Source: an uncultured Candidatus Rokubacteria bacterium (GTDB lineage: Bacteria > Methylomirabilota > Methylomirabilia > Rokubacteriales > CSP1-6). From it: DNA of 64,000 nucleotides. Positions 40,096-50,455 of this stretch are shown here, piece by piece. Each line of letters opens with the position of its first letter. Within the stretch, counting starts at the first letter, position 1. The DNA lies in contig CAVYTA010000006.1 of the NCBI GenBank assembly GCA_963771355.1, positions 544,001-608,000 on the forward strand, written 5' to 3'. Position numbers and translations under genes: made by a program. The notes under the pieces are model-generated. The model was given only the letters and a program-made list of their open reading frames with translations, ran no database searches and was not told where the DNA came from.

Positions 40096-41337
40096 ATGAT
40101 CAGACGAGCCACACGGTGGATGGCGGCGACCCTGATGCTGGCGGGGGGATGGGCGGCGCCCGTGCTGGCGCAGACACCGGCGCCGGTGCCGGGTCCTTCC
40201 CCGGCCGCCGCCGACAACAAGGAGGAGGAGAAGCCCAAGACCTACTGGGAAGAGCACAAGCTCTTCGCGTACATCGAGAACAGCTACACATTCAATCTGA
40301 CGGGGGCGGGGCGGGGTGGGACCAACGAGCTCCGCTTCTACGACAACTACGAGGGCTATACCTTCAACATGGCGGAGTTCAGCATCAAGAAGGACCCCTC
40401 GGAGAAGTACTGGTGGGGCTACGGGCTCGTCGTCACCGCCGGGGTCGACTCGCAGAAGAACCACTCCCTGGGCATATTCCGGGAGAAGGATGACACCTTC
40501 CCGTTCCGAAACACGGCGCCGTTCGACCTCCAGGAAGCCTATCTCTCGGCGATGCTGCCGGTGGGCAACGGCTTGATCGTCAAGGGGGGGAAGTTCGTCA
40601 CGCTCCTCGGCTACGAGGTCATCGAGTCGCCGAACAACCTCAACTTCTCCCGGGGCTACCTGTTCAGCTTCGCCATCCCGCTCACCCATACCGGCGGGCT
40701 GCTGTCCTATGCCTTCACGGACTGGTTCAACGCGACGGTGGGGGTGGTGGTCGGGTGGGACAACTCCGGTGACAACAACAGCGCGCCGTCCTACACCGGC
40801 CAGCTCGCCTTCACGCCGATCAAGGATCTGAGCGCGAGCATGAACTGGATCGTGGGCCCCGAGCAGAACGACCGGGACCATCGCCTGCGGTACGTGCTCG
40901 ACTGGGTGGTGGCCTACACCGGCTTCAAGAACATCACGCTGGCGCTGAACGTCGACTACGGCTCCGAGCGGAAGGAGGCCTTCCTCGAGTCGCTGGCCAC
41001 CCGGCAGGACACCGACGCCACCTGGTGGGGAGTAGCCGCGTACTTCGCCTACGACATCACCGAGGCCTTCCGGCTCGCGCTGCGGCAGGAATACTTCCGC
41101 GACGCCAACGGCGCGCGCACGGGCTTCGGCAACGCCTTGAACCTCTCGTCCACGACGCTCACCGCCCAGTACAAGATCTGGAAGGGCCTGGTCGGGCGCG
41201 TGGAGTATCGGCACGACGCGGCGGACGAGAAGGTCTACAAGGCCAAAACCACTCGGCCCGACGCCTCCGGGGGCGTGGTGGCGCAGTCCAAGAGCATGGA
41301 CACGATCTCGATCAGCCTCTACTACTCCTTTTTCTAG
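40096..41337 (+). CDS. Outer-membrane beta-barrel porin (putative BBP2/OmpL-like family)
   Basis: Signal peptide, LQEAY, GKFVTLLGYEVIESPNNLNFSR, PLTHTG, EYRHD, C-terminal aromatic YYSFF. Confidence 0.8.
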   Translation: MIRRATRWMAATLMLAGGWAAPVLAQTPAPVPGPSPAAADNKEEEKPKTYWEEHKLFAYIENSYTFNLTGAGRGGTNELRFYDNYEGYTFNMAEFSIKKDPSEKYWWGYGLVVTAGVDSQKNHSLGIFREKDDTFPFRNTAPFDLQEAYLSAMLPVGNGLIVKGGKFVTLLGYEVIESPNNLNFSRGYLFSFAIPLTHTGGLLSYAFTDWFNATVGVVVGWDNSGDNNSAPSYTGQLAFTPIKDLSASMNWIVGPEQNDRDHRLRYVLDWVVAYTGFKNITLALNVDYGSERKEAFLESLATRQDTDATWWGVAAYFAYDITEAFRLALRQEYFRDANGARTGFGNALNLSSTTLTAQYKIWKGLVGRVEYRHDAADEKVYKAKTTRPDASGGVVAQSKSMDTISISLYYSFF

Positions 41338-41360
41338 TTCGACCTTCGAGTTCGTGGGGC

Positions 41361-41473
41361 TGCTCAGACGCTCGGCGCCCTCTGCTGAGATGCCTGGCGC
41401 CTGAGCAGCCGGCTCACTGACCGCCTGCTAATGCCCCGATTTCCCGTTCGCCCCCCTTGGCATCGCCCTTGCT
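41361..41473 (+). promoter_or_regulatory. Enhancer boxes, IHF-like site and sigma-54 promoter of the ANTAR gene
   Basis: TGCTCAGACGCTCGGCG (41361), TGCCTGGCGCCTGAGCA (41391); one-mismatch IHF site 41429-41441; TTGGCATCGCCCTTGCT (41457-41473). Confidence 0.75.
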
Positions 41474-41486
41474 CCCTCCCCACGGC

Positions 41487-42083
41487 ATGAGACCAAGATG
41501 GAAGGTAGTCATCGTCGACGATCACGCTCCATCCCGTGCTGCGGTAGCCGAGGCAGTCACCCTCCAGGGCGGACTCGTGCTCGGTAACGGAAGCAAGGTC
41601 GAGGACGTCTCGCATCTGGTGGACAAGCACCAGCCCGACGCCGTCATCATGGCGGTCGGCTTGCCGGATGGCGACGGGGTGGAGGCGGCGCGCCAGGTGA
41701 TGGCCTCGGGCGCCTGCCCGGTGGTGCTCCTCACCAGCCATACCGACTTCGCGGTGTCGAGCCGCGCGATCCAGGCCGGCGTGCTCGGCTTCCTGGCGAA
41801 GCCGCTGCGTCCGGAGGAGCTCGGACCCGCGCTCGACGTGGCGGTGTCTCGCTTCCGCGAGCTCTCGGCCGTGCGCCTGGAGAACGAGACGCTCAAGCGT
41901 ACGCTCGAGACCCGCAAGCTGGTGGAGCGGGCCAAGGGCATTCTCATGAAACGCCTCGGTCTCTCCGAGCCGGACGCATTCCGCCGCATCCAGAAGACCG
42001 CGATGGACACGCGGAAGCCGATGTCCGAGGTGGCGCAGGCTCTCCTCCTCACGGAGGAGATGGCCCAGAGCCGGAGCAAGTAG
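41487..42083 (+). CDS. ANTAR-domain regulator (AmiR/NasT-like) with pseudo-receiver
   Basis: Receiver fold with VIMAVGLP (Ala at the phospho-Asp position); ANTAR RKLVERAKGILM...AFRRIQKTAMD. Confidence 0.9.
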   Translation: MRPRWKVVIVDDHAPSRAAVAEAVTLQGGLVLGNGSKVEDVSHLVDKHQPDAVIMAVGLPDGDGVEAARQVMASGACPVVLLTSHTDFAVSSRAIQAGVLGFLAKPLRPEELGPALDVAVSRFRELSAVRLENETLKRTLETRKLVERAKGILMKRLGLSEPDAFRRIQKTAMDTRKPMSEVAQALLLTEEMAQSRSK

Positions 42084-42088
42084 GTCGC

Positions 42089-42203
42089 TGCTCGCTTCTT
42101 CAGCAAGCGCGCCCGGCTGCCTGTTCCTGAGGCAGTCGGGCCCCCGCCTCTCCCGCGCAATTGCTTGAAAAGGCTTACCTACGGGTAAGGCATACCCCTT
42201 GCT
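42089..42203 (+). promoter_or_regulatory. Enhancer boxes, IHF-like site and sigma-54 promoter of the urt-ure operon
   Basis: TGCTCGCTTCTTCAGCA (42089), TGCCTGTTCCTGAGGCA (42118); one-mismatch IHF site 42158-42170; AGGCATACCCCTTGCT (GG 42189-90, GC 42201-02). Confidence 0.75.
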
Positions 42204-42299
42204 GTCGATTGAAGCGCTCGACGGGGACAGTGCGGTTTCCGCGGGCTCGGCACCGCCGCCGGGTGGCTCCACAACTCACGACGTGAAAGGAGAAGCAGA

Positions 42300-43595
42300 A
42301 TGCAGGGTGTGACGAGGCGGGACTTCCTCAGGACGGCGGCGGTGGTCGGGGCGGGCACGGCGGCGGGCATCGGCTTTCCGTCGGTTCTCCGGGCCCAGGG
42401 TGGAACGGTGAAGGTGGGCGTGCTGCACTCGCTCTCCGGCACCATGGCCATCAGCGAGGTGTCGCTCCGCGACGTCTGCATGATGGCGTTCGACGAGATC
42501 AACGCCAAGGGCGGGGTCATGGGCAAGAAGATCGAGCCGGTGGTGGTGGACCCCGCCTCGAACTGGGACCTCTTCGCGGAGAAGGCGAAGCAGCTCCTCC
42601 TGCAGGACAAGGTGGCGGTGACCTTCGGCTGCTGGACCTCGGTGAGCCGCAAGTCGGTGCTGCCGGTGTTCGAGAACAACAACGGCCTGCTCTTCTATCC
42701 TGTGCAGTACGAGGGCGAGGAGTGCTCGAAGAACGTCTTCTACACGGGCGCCACGCCGAACCAGCAGCTGATCCCGGCGGCGGAGTACCTGATGTCGAAG
42801 GAGGGCGGGGGTTACAAGAAGTTCTACCTGCTCGGCACCGATTACGTCTTCCCGCGCACCGCCAACAAGATCCTGCGCGCGTTCCTGCTCGCCAAGGGCA
42901 TTCCCGCGGACTCCATCGCGGAGGAGTACACGCCGTTCAATCACCAGGACTATCAGACGATTGTCGGCAAGATCAAGCGCTTCGCCTCCGGCGGGAACGC
43001 CGCCGTGCTCTCCACCATCAACGGCGACTCCAACGTGCCCTTCTACAAGGAGTTCTCGAACCAGGGCCTGCGCTCCGAGAACGCGCCCATCATGGCCTTC
43101 AGCGTGGCCGAGGACGAGCTGCGGGGCATGGACACCTCGGCGCTGGTCGGCCACCTCGCCGCCTGGAACTACTACCAGTCCGTTTCCACGCCCCAGAACA
43201 AGACCTTCGTCAACAGCTTCAAGGCCTACGCCAAGAAGGCCAATCTGCCCGGCGGCGACAAGCGCGTCACCGACGATCCGATGGAAGCGGCCTATTTCGG
43301 CGTCTATATCTGGAAGCAGGCGGTGGAGAAGGCCAAGTCCTTCGAGGTGGACGCCGTCCGCAAGGCGGTGTACGGCCAGGAGTTCCTCGCGCCCGGCGGC
43401 AAGATCAAGATGGACGAGGCCAACCACCACACCTACAAGCCGGTGCTCATCGGCGAGATCCTCAAGGACGGCCAGTTCAAGGTGGTCTCCCGCTCCAGGG
43501 GCCTGGTGAAGGCCGAGCCGTGGAGCATGTACACGAGCCCCGACAAGGGGTGCGACTGGGTGAAGGAGAAGGGCACGTACACCAAGAAGGCCTGA
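42300..43595 (+). CDS. urtA: Urea ABC transporter substrate-binding protein (Tat signal)
   Basis: TRRDFL; VKVGVLHSLSGTMAISE, FGCWTSVSRKSVLPVFE, YPVQYEG, GTDYVFPRTANK. Confidence 0.95.
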   Translation: MQGVTRRDFLRTAAVVGAGTAAGIGFPSVLRAQGGTVKVGVLHSLSGTMAISEVSLRDVCMMAFDEINAKGGVMGKKIEPVVVDPASNWDLFAEKAKQLLLQDKVAVTFGCWTSVSRKSVLPVFENNNGLLFYPVQYEGEECSKNVFYTGATPNQQLIPAAEYLMSKEGGGYKKFYLLGTDYVFPRTANKILRAFLLAKGIPADSIAEEYTPFNHQDYQTIVGKIKRFASGGNAAVLSTINGDSNVPFYKEFSNQGLRSENAPIMAFSVAEDELRGMDTSALVGHLAAWNYYQSVSTPQNKTFVNSFKAYAKKANLPGGDKRVTDDPMEAAYFGVYIWKQAVEKAKSFEVDAVRKAVYGQEFLAPGGKIKMDEANHHTYKPVLIGEILKDGQFKVVSRSRGLVKAEPWSMYTSPDKGCDWVKEKGTYTKKA

Positions 43596-43612
43596 GCCAC
43601 GGATCCACGCCT

Positions 43613-45304
43613 GTGGTGAAGCACATCCTGCTGGTGCTCATGCTGCTGTCGGGGCTCGCCGCCCCGGCAGCGGCGCAGGGCCCGGCATCGGTCGCGCCGC
43701 CTCCCGAGATCGCGAAGGCCATCGCCGAGGTCGCCTCGGGCGACGGCGCGGTCCAGGAGGCGGCGGCGGTGGCGCTCGGCAAGACCCGCGACCGCAAGAT
43801 CCTCCCCCTCCTCGAGGCGCTGCGCGAAGGCAGCGTCATGGTCCGATCTCTGCCGGGCGGGAAAAAAGAGACCGTCATCGTCGGAGACAAGGTGAGCGAG
43901 GGCGACAAGACCCTCGTGCCGCTGTTCACCGCCTACGGGAAGGAGCCGATCCTCGCGCCCGGCGGCAAGCCGTTGTTGATGGAGCTCTCGACGCTGGAGG
44001 AAGTCGCCACCGGACGCAGCCTGCGGCTGGCGATCCGTCCGCTCATCGACGCCTTCTCCGGTAATACCCAGCTCGCGGACGCGGACTGGACCGTGCGCAA
44101 GTCGGCCGCCACCAAGATGGGCAACTCGGGCGATCCCTCGGCACTGCCGGCGCTCAGCGAGGCGCTGGCCAAGGAGAAGGACCGCTGGGTGCGCTACGAG
44201 CTCGAGCAGGCTGTCGCGCTGATCCGGCTCAAGGCGGGGTCCGACGCGGAGCGCACGGCGGCGGCGACGGCGCTGGGGGATCTCGGCAGCGCCGATGCCC
44301 TGGACCGGCTGCGGGACGTCGCCGCGGACGGGGCGGCGCCCGCCGCGCTCCGGCAGGCGGCGGCGGCGTCCATGAAGCGGGTGGAGCGCTGGGCGCTGCT
44401 GACCTCGACCATCCAGACAGGCTTCCAGGGCCTGTCCCTGGGCTCCATTCTGCTGCTGATGGCGCTGGGCCTGGCCATCGTGTTCGGGCTCATGGGCGTC
44501 ATCAACATGGCGCACGGTGAGCTCATGGCCCTGGGCGCCTATGCCACCTTCGTGACCCAGGGCCTGTTCCAGCTGCATGCCCCGGGAGCCTTCGACTACT
44601 ACTTCCTGGTGGCGCTCCCGCTGTCCTTCCTGGTGTCGGCCGCCGCCGGCCTCGCGCTGGAGCGCGGGGTCATCCGCTTCCTCTACGGCCGGCCGCTGGA
44701 GACCCTGCTCCTCACCTGGGGCGTGAGCCTCATGATCCAGCAGGGGCTCCGGCTCTGGTTCGGCGCCGCCAACGTGGACGTCATCTCACCCCGGTGGCTA
44801 TCGGGCGGGATCCCGGTGATGATCGGCGTGCAGCTGCCCTACAACCGCCTCTTCATCATCGGCCTCGCGGCGGTGGCGGTGGCGGCCATGTACGTGCTCC
44901 TCTTCTGGACCAGCGCGGGCCTGCGCATCCGCGCCGTCACCCAGAATCGCGGGATGGCAGCCTGCCTCGGCGTCCGCTCGCGGCGCGTGGACGCGCTTAC
45001 CTTCGCGATGGGGGCAGGGCTGGCCGGCATCGCCGGCTGCGCGCTCACCCAGATCGGCAACGTGGGCCCCGAGCTTGGCCAGAACTACATCGTGGATTCC
45101 TTCATGGTGGTGGTGACGGGCGGAGTCGGGAAGCTCGCCGGCACCATCTTCGCCGCCGCGGGCATCGGCGGGCTCAACAAGATCATCGAGCCGGGGCTGG
45201 GGGCGGTGTTCGGCAAGGTGGCCATCCTCGTCGCCGTCATCCTCTTCATCCAGCGGCGCCCGTCCGGGCTCTTCGCGGCGAAGGGGCGCTATGCGGACTC
45301 GTGA
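43613..45304 (+). CDS. urtB: Urea ABC permease with N-terminal HEAT-like periplasmic domain
   Basis: GLAIVFGLMGVINMAHGE, LYGRPLETLLLTWG, GQNYIVDSFMVVV. Confidence 0.93.
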   Translation: MVKHILLVLMLLSGLAAPAAAQGPASVAPPPEIAKAIAEVASGDGAVQEAAAVALGKTRDRKILPLLEALREGSVMVRSLPGGKKETVIVGDKVSEGDKTLVPLFTAYGKEPILAPGGKPLLMELSTLEEVATGRSLRLAIRPLIDAFSGNTQLADADWTVRKSAATKMGNSGDPSALPALSEALAKEKDRWVRYELEQAVALIRLKAGSDAERTAAATALGDLGSADALDRLRDVAADGAAPAALRQAAAASMKRVERWALLTSTIQTGFQGLSLGSILLLMALGLAIVFGLMGVINMAHGELMALGAYATFVTQGLFQLHAPGAFDYYFLVALPLSFLVSAAAGLALERGVIRFLYGRPLETLLLTWGVSLMIQQGLRLWFGAANVDVISPRWLSGGIPVMIGVQLPYNRLFIIGLAAVAVAAMYVLLFWTSAGLRIRAVTQNRGMAACLGVRSRRVDALTFAMGAGLAGIAGCALTQIGNVGPELGQNYIVDSFMVVVTGGVGKLAGTIFAAAGIGGLNKIIEPGLGAVFGKVAILVAVILFIQRRPSGLFAAKGRYADS

Positions 45305-46442
45305 GCGCTGGCTGTACCTGTCGGCGGCGCTCCTGGTGGTGGTGGCGCTGCCCGTGCTCAACATGCTTCCCAAGGGCTCACCGCTCCACGTCTCCGACTT
45401 CACCCTGAACCTGTTCGGCAAGTTCGTCACCTACGCCATTCTCGCCCTCGGGATCGACCTCATCTGGGGCTATGCCGGCGTGCTGTCACTGGGCCACGGC
45501 GTCTTCTTCGGCCTGGGCGCCTACGCCATGGGCATGCACCTCATGCTGGAGATCGGCACCCAGAGCGTGTACCGGAACGTGCTCCCGGACTTCATGGTCT
45601 GGAACCGCGTCATCGAGCTGCCGCTGTTCTGGAAGCCGTTCTACAGCGTGCCCTTCACCCTCCTGGCGGTGGTGGCGGTGCCCGGCCTGGTGGCGCTCCT
45701 ATTCGGCTTTCTGACCTTCCGGAGCCGCATCCGGGGCGTCTACTTCTCCATCATCACTCAGGCCCTGGCCCTCTGCGCGTGGCTGACCTTCAACCGCAAC
45801 GCCATGAATCTCGGGGGCACCAACGGGCTCTCGGGGTTCAAGACGATATTCGGCTTCTCCCTCAATGACCCCGGCACCCAGCGCGGCCTCTACGTGGCGA
45901 GCGCGCTCTGCCTCTGCGCGGCGTTCCTGCTCTGTCGCTGGATCGTCCGCTCGCCGGCAGGCAAGGTGCTGGTGGCCATCCGGGACAGCGAGACGCGCGT
46001 GCTCTTCTGCGGGTACTCGCCCGCCGCCTTCAAGGTCTTCGTCTTCACCGTCTCGGCGGTCCTGGCCGGCGTGGCGGGCGCGCTCTACGTGGGCCAGGTG
46101 GGCATCATCACTCCGGCGCGTATCGGCGTCCTGCCCTCGATCGAGATGATCATCTGGGTGGCGGTGGGGGGCCGGGGAACGCTGCTGGGCCCCGTGGTGG
46201 GCGCGGTGGGCGTGAACTGGCTGCAGAGCCTGCTCACCACGCACTACCCGGATCTCTGGCTGCTCGTCCTGGGCGGGATGTTCGTGACGGTGGTGCTTTT
46301 CTTCCCCGACGGCGTGGTGGGGACGATTCAGAAGCTCGCGGCGCGGTTCCGGAGGGTCGGCGGCGAGCCGGAAGGGGCGAGGAGGGAGCGGGCGCCCCTG
46401 CTGGCCCAGTCTCCGCCACCGGCGAGGAAGCCTCAGTCATGA
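45291..46442 (+). CDS. urtC: Urea ABC permease
   Basis: DLIWGYAGVLSLGHG, PDFMVW, FRSRIRGVYFSIITQAL. Confidence 0.95.
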   Translation: MRTRERWLYLSAALLVVVALPVLNMLPKGSPLHVSDFTLNLFGKFVTYAILALGIDLIWGYAGVLSLGHGVFFGLGAYAMGMHLMLEIGTQSVYRNVLPDFMVWNRVIELPLFWKPFYSVPFTLLAVVAVPGLVALLFGFLTFRSRIRGVYFSIITQALALCAWLTFNRNAMNLGGTNGLSGFKTIFGFSLNDPGTQRGLYVASALCLCAAFLLCRWIVRSPAGKVLVAIRDSETRVLFCGYSPAAFKVFVFTVSAVLAGVAGALYVGQVGIITPARIGVLPSIEMIIWVAVGGRGTLLGPVVGAVGVNWLQSLLTTHYPDLWLLVLGGMFVTVVLFFPDGVVGTIQKLAARFRRVGGEPEGARRERAPLLAQSPPPARKPQS

Positions 46443-47221
46443 CCGTCAACGCCGCGGCGCAAGGGTCGATCATCTACCTGGAGGACGTCACCGTCGAGTA
46501 CGACGGCTTCAAGGCGCTCAACGCGCTGAACTTCTTCATGGACTACAAGGAGCTCCGCGTGGTGATCGGGCCCAACGGAGCGGGGAAGACCACGCTCCTG
46601 GACGTGATCACGGGCAAGGTCCAACCCTCGGCGGGCCGGGTGATATTCGGAAAGAGGACCGAGCTCACGGGGCGGCGCGAGAACGAGATCGCTGGGCTCG
46701 GGGTGGGACGCAAGTTCCAGACGCCGTCCATCTTCGCCAACCTCACGGTGCGAGAGAACCTGGAGCTCGCGCTGGGACGCAAGAGCCGCGGCGTGCTGGC
46801 CACCCTCCGAGCGCGGCTCGACGGCGACCAGCGCGCGCGAGTGGACACCGCCCTCGAAAGCATCGGCCTCGCCGCGGAGGCCGAGACCCGCGCGGGCGGC
46901 CTGTCGCACGGGCAGAAGCAGTGGCTCGAGATCGGCATGGTCATGGTCCAGGATGCGGAGCTGCTCCTTGTGGACGAGCCGGTGGCGGGCATGACCGATG
47001 AAGAGACGGAGAAAACCGGTCTCTTGCTGGAGTCGGTGTCCCGGGAGCGCGCGGTGCTCGTCATCGAGCACGACATGGAGTTCGTCCGCCGCATCGCGCG
47101 CACGGTGACCGTGCTGCACGAGGGCAGCGTGCTCTGCGAGGGCCCGGTGGACCAGGTCCAGCAGGACGAGCGAGTGCTGGAGGTCTACCTGGGGCGGAGC
47201 CGGGACGCCTCGCATGCTTGA
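46439..47221 (+). CDS. urtD: Urea ABC ATP-binding protein
   Basis: GPNGAGKT, GRKFQTP, LSHGQKQWLEIGM, DEPVAGMT. Confidence 0.95.
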   Translation: MTVNAAAQGSIIYLEDVTVEYDGFKALNALNFFMDYKELRVVIGPNGAGKTTLLDVITGKVQPSAGRVIFGKRTELTGRRENEIAGLGVGRKFQTPSIFANLTVRENLELALGRKSRGVLATLRARLDGDQRARVDTALESIGLAAEAETRAGGLSHGQKQWLEIGMVMVQDAELLLVDEPVAGMTDEETEKTGLLLESVSRERAVLVIEHDMEFVRRIARTVTVLHEGSVLCEGPVDQVQQDERVLEVYLGRSRDASHA

Positions 47222-47912
47222 CATCCAGGGGCTCGACGTCGCCTACGGCGAGAGCCAGGTGCTCTGGGACGTCTCCCTCACCGTGCCGGCGGGCGGCGTG
47301 GTCTGCCTCATGGGCCGAAACGGGGTGGGAAAGACCACCTTGCTCAAGACCATCATGGGTCTCCTGCGTCCCCGGTCCGGGCGCATCGTCTTCGACGGGA
47401 TCGACTTGGCCGGCCGGAGGTCCGAGGAGCGGTCCGCGTGTGGGATCGGGTATGTGCCTCAGGGCCGCGAGATCTTCCCCAACCTCACCGTGGCCGAGAA
47501 CCTGCGGGTGGGGGCGATGGGGCGGAGCCGGGGACAGGCCGCCGGCGACGACCTGGATGAGATCTTCGCGCTTTTCCCCAAGCTCAAGCAGCTGCTGGGG
47601 CGCAAGGGCGGCGTGCTTTCGGGCGGCGAGCAGCAGCAGCTCGCCATCGGCCGCGTGCTCCTGGCCCGGCCCAAGCTCCTCCTCATGGACGAGCCCACCG
47701 AGGGAATACAGCCGAATGTGATCCTCCAGATCGAGGACGCCATCGAGCGCATCAAGCAGCGCGGCATCGCGGTGCTCCTCGTCGAGCAGTACCTGGAGTT
47801 CGCGTGGCGCCTCGCCGGCTCCTATGCCATCATGCGCAAGGGCGCCATCGTGGCCCAGGGCGGTACCGCCGACCTGCGCACCGACGTGGTCCGCCAGCAT
47901 CTGACCGTCTAG
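47214..47912 (+). CDS. urtE: Urea ABC ATP-binding protein
   Basis: [40 protein letters not shown]. Confidence 0.95.
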   Translation: MLDIQGLDVAYGESQVLWDVSLTVPAGGVVCLMGRNGVGKTTLLKTIMGLLRPRSGRIVFDGIDLAGRRSEERSACGIGYVPQGREIFPNLTVAENLRVGAMGRSRGQAAGDDLDEIFALFPKLKQLLGRKGGVLSGGEQQQLAIGRVLLARPKLLLMDEPTEGIQPNVILQIEDAIERIKQRGIAVLLVEQYLEFAWRLAGSYAIMRKGAIVAQGGTADLRTDVVRQHLTV

Positions 47913-47956
47913 CCCGAGCATCCGAGAGGATCGATGACGCTCCGCCGGCCGATCCC

Positions 47957-48259
47957 GTGCATCTGACTCCCCGCGAGCAGGACAAGCTCCTCATCTTCGT
48001 CGCCGCCGAGGTGGCGCGCCGGCGTCGCGGGCGCGGGCTCAAGCTGAACCATCCCGAAGCGATGGCGCTGATCACCGCCGAGATCCTGGAAGGGATACGC
48101 GACGGCCGCTCCGTCTCCGACCTGATGTCGTTCGGGACCACCATCCTCGCCCGCGGTGACGTGATGGAGGGCGTGCCCGAGATGCTCGACGAGGTCCAGG
48201 TCGAGGGGACCTTCCCCGACGGAACCAAGCTGGTCACCGTGCACCACCCCATCCGATGA
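47957..48259 (+). CDS. ureA: Urease gamma subunit
   Basis: [38 protein letters not shown]. Confidence 0.97.
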   Translation: MHLTPREQDKLLIFVAAEVARRRRGRGLKLNHPEAMALITAEILEGIRDGRSVSDLMSFGTTILARGDVMEGVPEMLDEVQVEGTFPDGTKLVTVHHPIR

Positions 48260-48353
48260 GTGGGCACGGGCTCGTGCATTTACCATCAGCGGGGGCCCAG
48301 AAATGGCCCCCGCTCTCCCCCAGACGGCGGACAACGCTATGGCGGACATTGCG

Positions 48354-48737
48354 ATGATTCCTGGTGAGTATCTTCTCGGAGAGGGCGACATCGACGCCAA
48401 TGTGGGGCGGAAGACGGTTCAGGTGACGGTGGCGAATACGGGGGATCGGCCCATCCAGGTGGGCTCGCACTTCCACTTCTTCGAGGCCAATCGCGAGCTG
48501 CGGTTCGACCGCGCGCGGGCCTTCGGGATGCGGCTCAATATCCCCGCCGGCACCGCGGTGCGATTCGAGCCGGGCGACGAGAAGGCGGTGACCCTCGTCG
48601 AGCTGGCCGGCGCGCGGGAAGTGCACGGCCTCAACGGACTCACCAACGGGCCCGCCGGTGACGGCACCCGGGCCGCCGCCCTCGAGCGGGCGGCGCGGGA
48701 AGGCTTCAAGGGAGCGGGGCCGGGAGCGGCCGGATGA
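48354..48737 (+). CDS. ureB: Urease beta subunit
   Basis: [34 protein letters not shown]. Confidence 0.97.
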   Translation: MIPGEYLLGEGDIDANVGRKTVQVTVANTGDRPIQVGSHFHFFEANRELRFDRARAFGMRLNIPAGTAVRFEPGDEKAVTLVELAGAREVHGLNGLTNGPAGDGTRAAALERAAREGFKGAGPGAAG

Positions 48738-50449
48738 CCCTCCGCATCCCGCGCCGGCAGTACGCGGACCTGTTCGGTCCCACCGTGGGGGACCGGGTGC
48801 GCCTGGCCGATACCGAGCTCCTCATCGAGGTGGAGCGCGACTTCACCGTATACGGCGACGAGGTGAAGTTCGGCGGCGGCAAGGTGATCCGCGACGGTAT
48901 GGGGCAGTCGGCCCGGGCGGTGGCCGCCGATGGCGTCCTGGATCTCGTGATCACCAATGCGCTGATTCTCGACCACTGGGGCATCGTGAAGGCCGATATC
49001 GGCGTGCGCGGCGGCCGTATCGTGGGGGTGGGCAAGGCGGGAAACCCCGACATCATGGCGGGAGTGACCGCGGGCATGGTGATCGGCGCCTCCACCGAGG
49101 TGATCGCCGGCGAGGGGCGCATCGTCACCGCGGGCGGCATCGACAGCCATATCCACTTCATCTGTCCGCAGCTCGTGGACGAAGCGCTGGCGGCCGGCCT
49201 CACCACCCTCATCGGCGGTGGCACCGGCCCCGCCACCGGTACCAATGCCACCACGTGCGCGTCCGGGGCCTGGAATATCCACCGCATGCTCGAGGCCGCC
49301 GAGGGCCTGCCCATCAATCTGGGCTTTCTCGCCAAGGGCAATGCCTCGCGTCCCGATCCGCTGCGCGAACAGGTGGCGGCGGGCGCCATCGGGCTCAAGC
49401 TGCACGAGGACTGGGGCACCACGCCGGCCGCCATCGACAACTGCCTCTCCGTGGCCGAAGAGACGGATACGCAGGTGGCCATCCACACCGACACGCTGAA
49501 CGAGGCCGGCTTCGTGGAGACGTCCATCCAGGCGTTCAAGGGACGGACCATCCACACCTATCACACCGAGGGGGCGGGCGGCGGGCATGCCCCCGACATC
49601 CTCCGCGTGTGCGGCGAGGTGAACTGTCTCCCGTCCTCCACCAACCCCACCATGCCGTTCACGGTGAACACCATGGACGAGCACCTCGACATGCTCATGG
49701 TGTGCCATCACCTGAACCCCAAGATCCCCGAGGACCTGGCCTTCGCGGAGTCGCGCATCCGCGCCGAGACCATCGCCGCCGAGGACGTTCTCCACGATCT
49801 CGGCGCCATCAGCATGCTCTCGTCCGACTCGCAGGCCATGGGGCGGATCGCGGAAGTGATCATGCGAACCTGGCAGACGGCGGACAAGATGAAGCGCCAG
49901 CGCGGCGCGCTGCCCGGTGACGGTCGCGCCGACAACCAGCGCGCCAAGCGCTACGTGGCGAAATACACCATCAATCCGGCCATCTCGCACGGCATCAGCC
50001 ACGAGGTGGGCTCGATCGAGGCGGGCAAGCTCGCCGACCTCGTGATCTGGAAGCCGGCCTTCTTCGGCGTCAAACCCGAGATGGTGGTCAAGGGCGGCCT
50101 CATCGTGACCGCGGCGATGGGCGATCCCAATGCCTCGATCCCGACGCCGCAGCCGGTGCGCTATCGCCCGATGTTCGCCGCCTATGGCCGCGCCATCGGC
50201 TCCACCTCGCTGACCTTCGTATCGCGCGCGGCGCTGGAGGCGGAGGTGCCGGCGCGCCTCGGGCTCGGCAAGCGGGTGAGCGCGGTACGCGGCTGCCGCG
50301 GCCTCACCAAGGCGGCCATGGTCCACAACAGCTACGTGCCCCGCATGGAAGTCGACGCGGAGACCTACGAGGTGCGGGCCGACGGTCAGCTCCTCACCTG
50401 TGAGCCCGCCTCGGTGCTGCCGATGGCGCAGCGGTACTTCCTCTTCTAG
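48734..50449 (+). CDS. ureC: Urease alpha subunit
   Basis: [35 protein letters not shown]. Confidence 0.98.
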   Translation: MTLRIPRRQYADLFGPTVGDRVRLADTELLIEVERDFTVYGDEVKFGGGKVIRDGMGQSARAVAADGVLDLVITNALILDHWGIVKADIGVRGGRIVGVGKAGNPDIMAGVTAGMVIGASTEVIAGEGRIVTAGGIDSHIHFICPQLVDEALAAGLTTLIGGGTGPATGTNATTCASGAWNIHRMLEAAEGLPINLGFLAKGNASRPDPLREQVAAGAIGLKLHEDWGTTPAAIDNCLSVAEETDTQVAIHTDTLNEAGFVETSIQAFKGRTIHTYHTEGAGGGHAPDILRVCGEVNCLPSSTNPTMPFTVNTMDEHLDMLMVCHHLNPKIPEDLAFAESRIRAETIAAEDVLHDLGAISMLSSDSQAMGRIAEVIMRTWQTADKMKRQRGALPGDGRADNQRAKRYVAKYTINPAISHGISHEVGSIEAGKLADLVIWKPAFFGVKPEMVVKGGLIVTAAMGDPNASIPTPQPVRYRPMFAAYGRAIGSTSLTFVSRAALEAEVPARLGLGKRVSAVRGCRGLTKAAMVHNSYVPRMEVDAETYEVRADGQLLTCEPASVLPMAQRYFLF

Positions 50450-50455
50450 GGCTCC

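Noticed and set aside
42204..42299. Canonical ANTAR twin-hexaloop plus terminator in the urtA leader
   Set aside because: I could not identify two A1/G4 hexaloop hairpins or a U-tailed terminator by eye; a covariance-model search is needed.
42722..43612. Long N-terminal extensions in the ORF track (urtB, and likewise cofC, HD-GYP, phoR, HU, SDRs, HAD)
   Set aside because: They overlap the upstream gene out of frame and are Arg/Pro/Gly-rich noise; downstream starts coupled to stop codons or SD sites fit better.
48261..48279. Internal sigma-54 promoter before ureB (GGCACGGGCTCGTGC)
   Set aside because: The GG-to-GC spacing is 11 rather than the required 10; the sequence is better explained as a hairpin.
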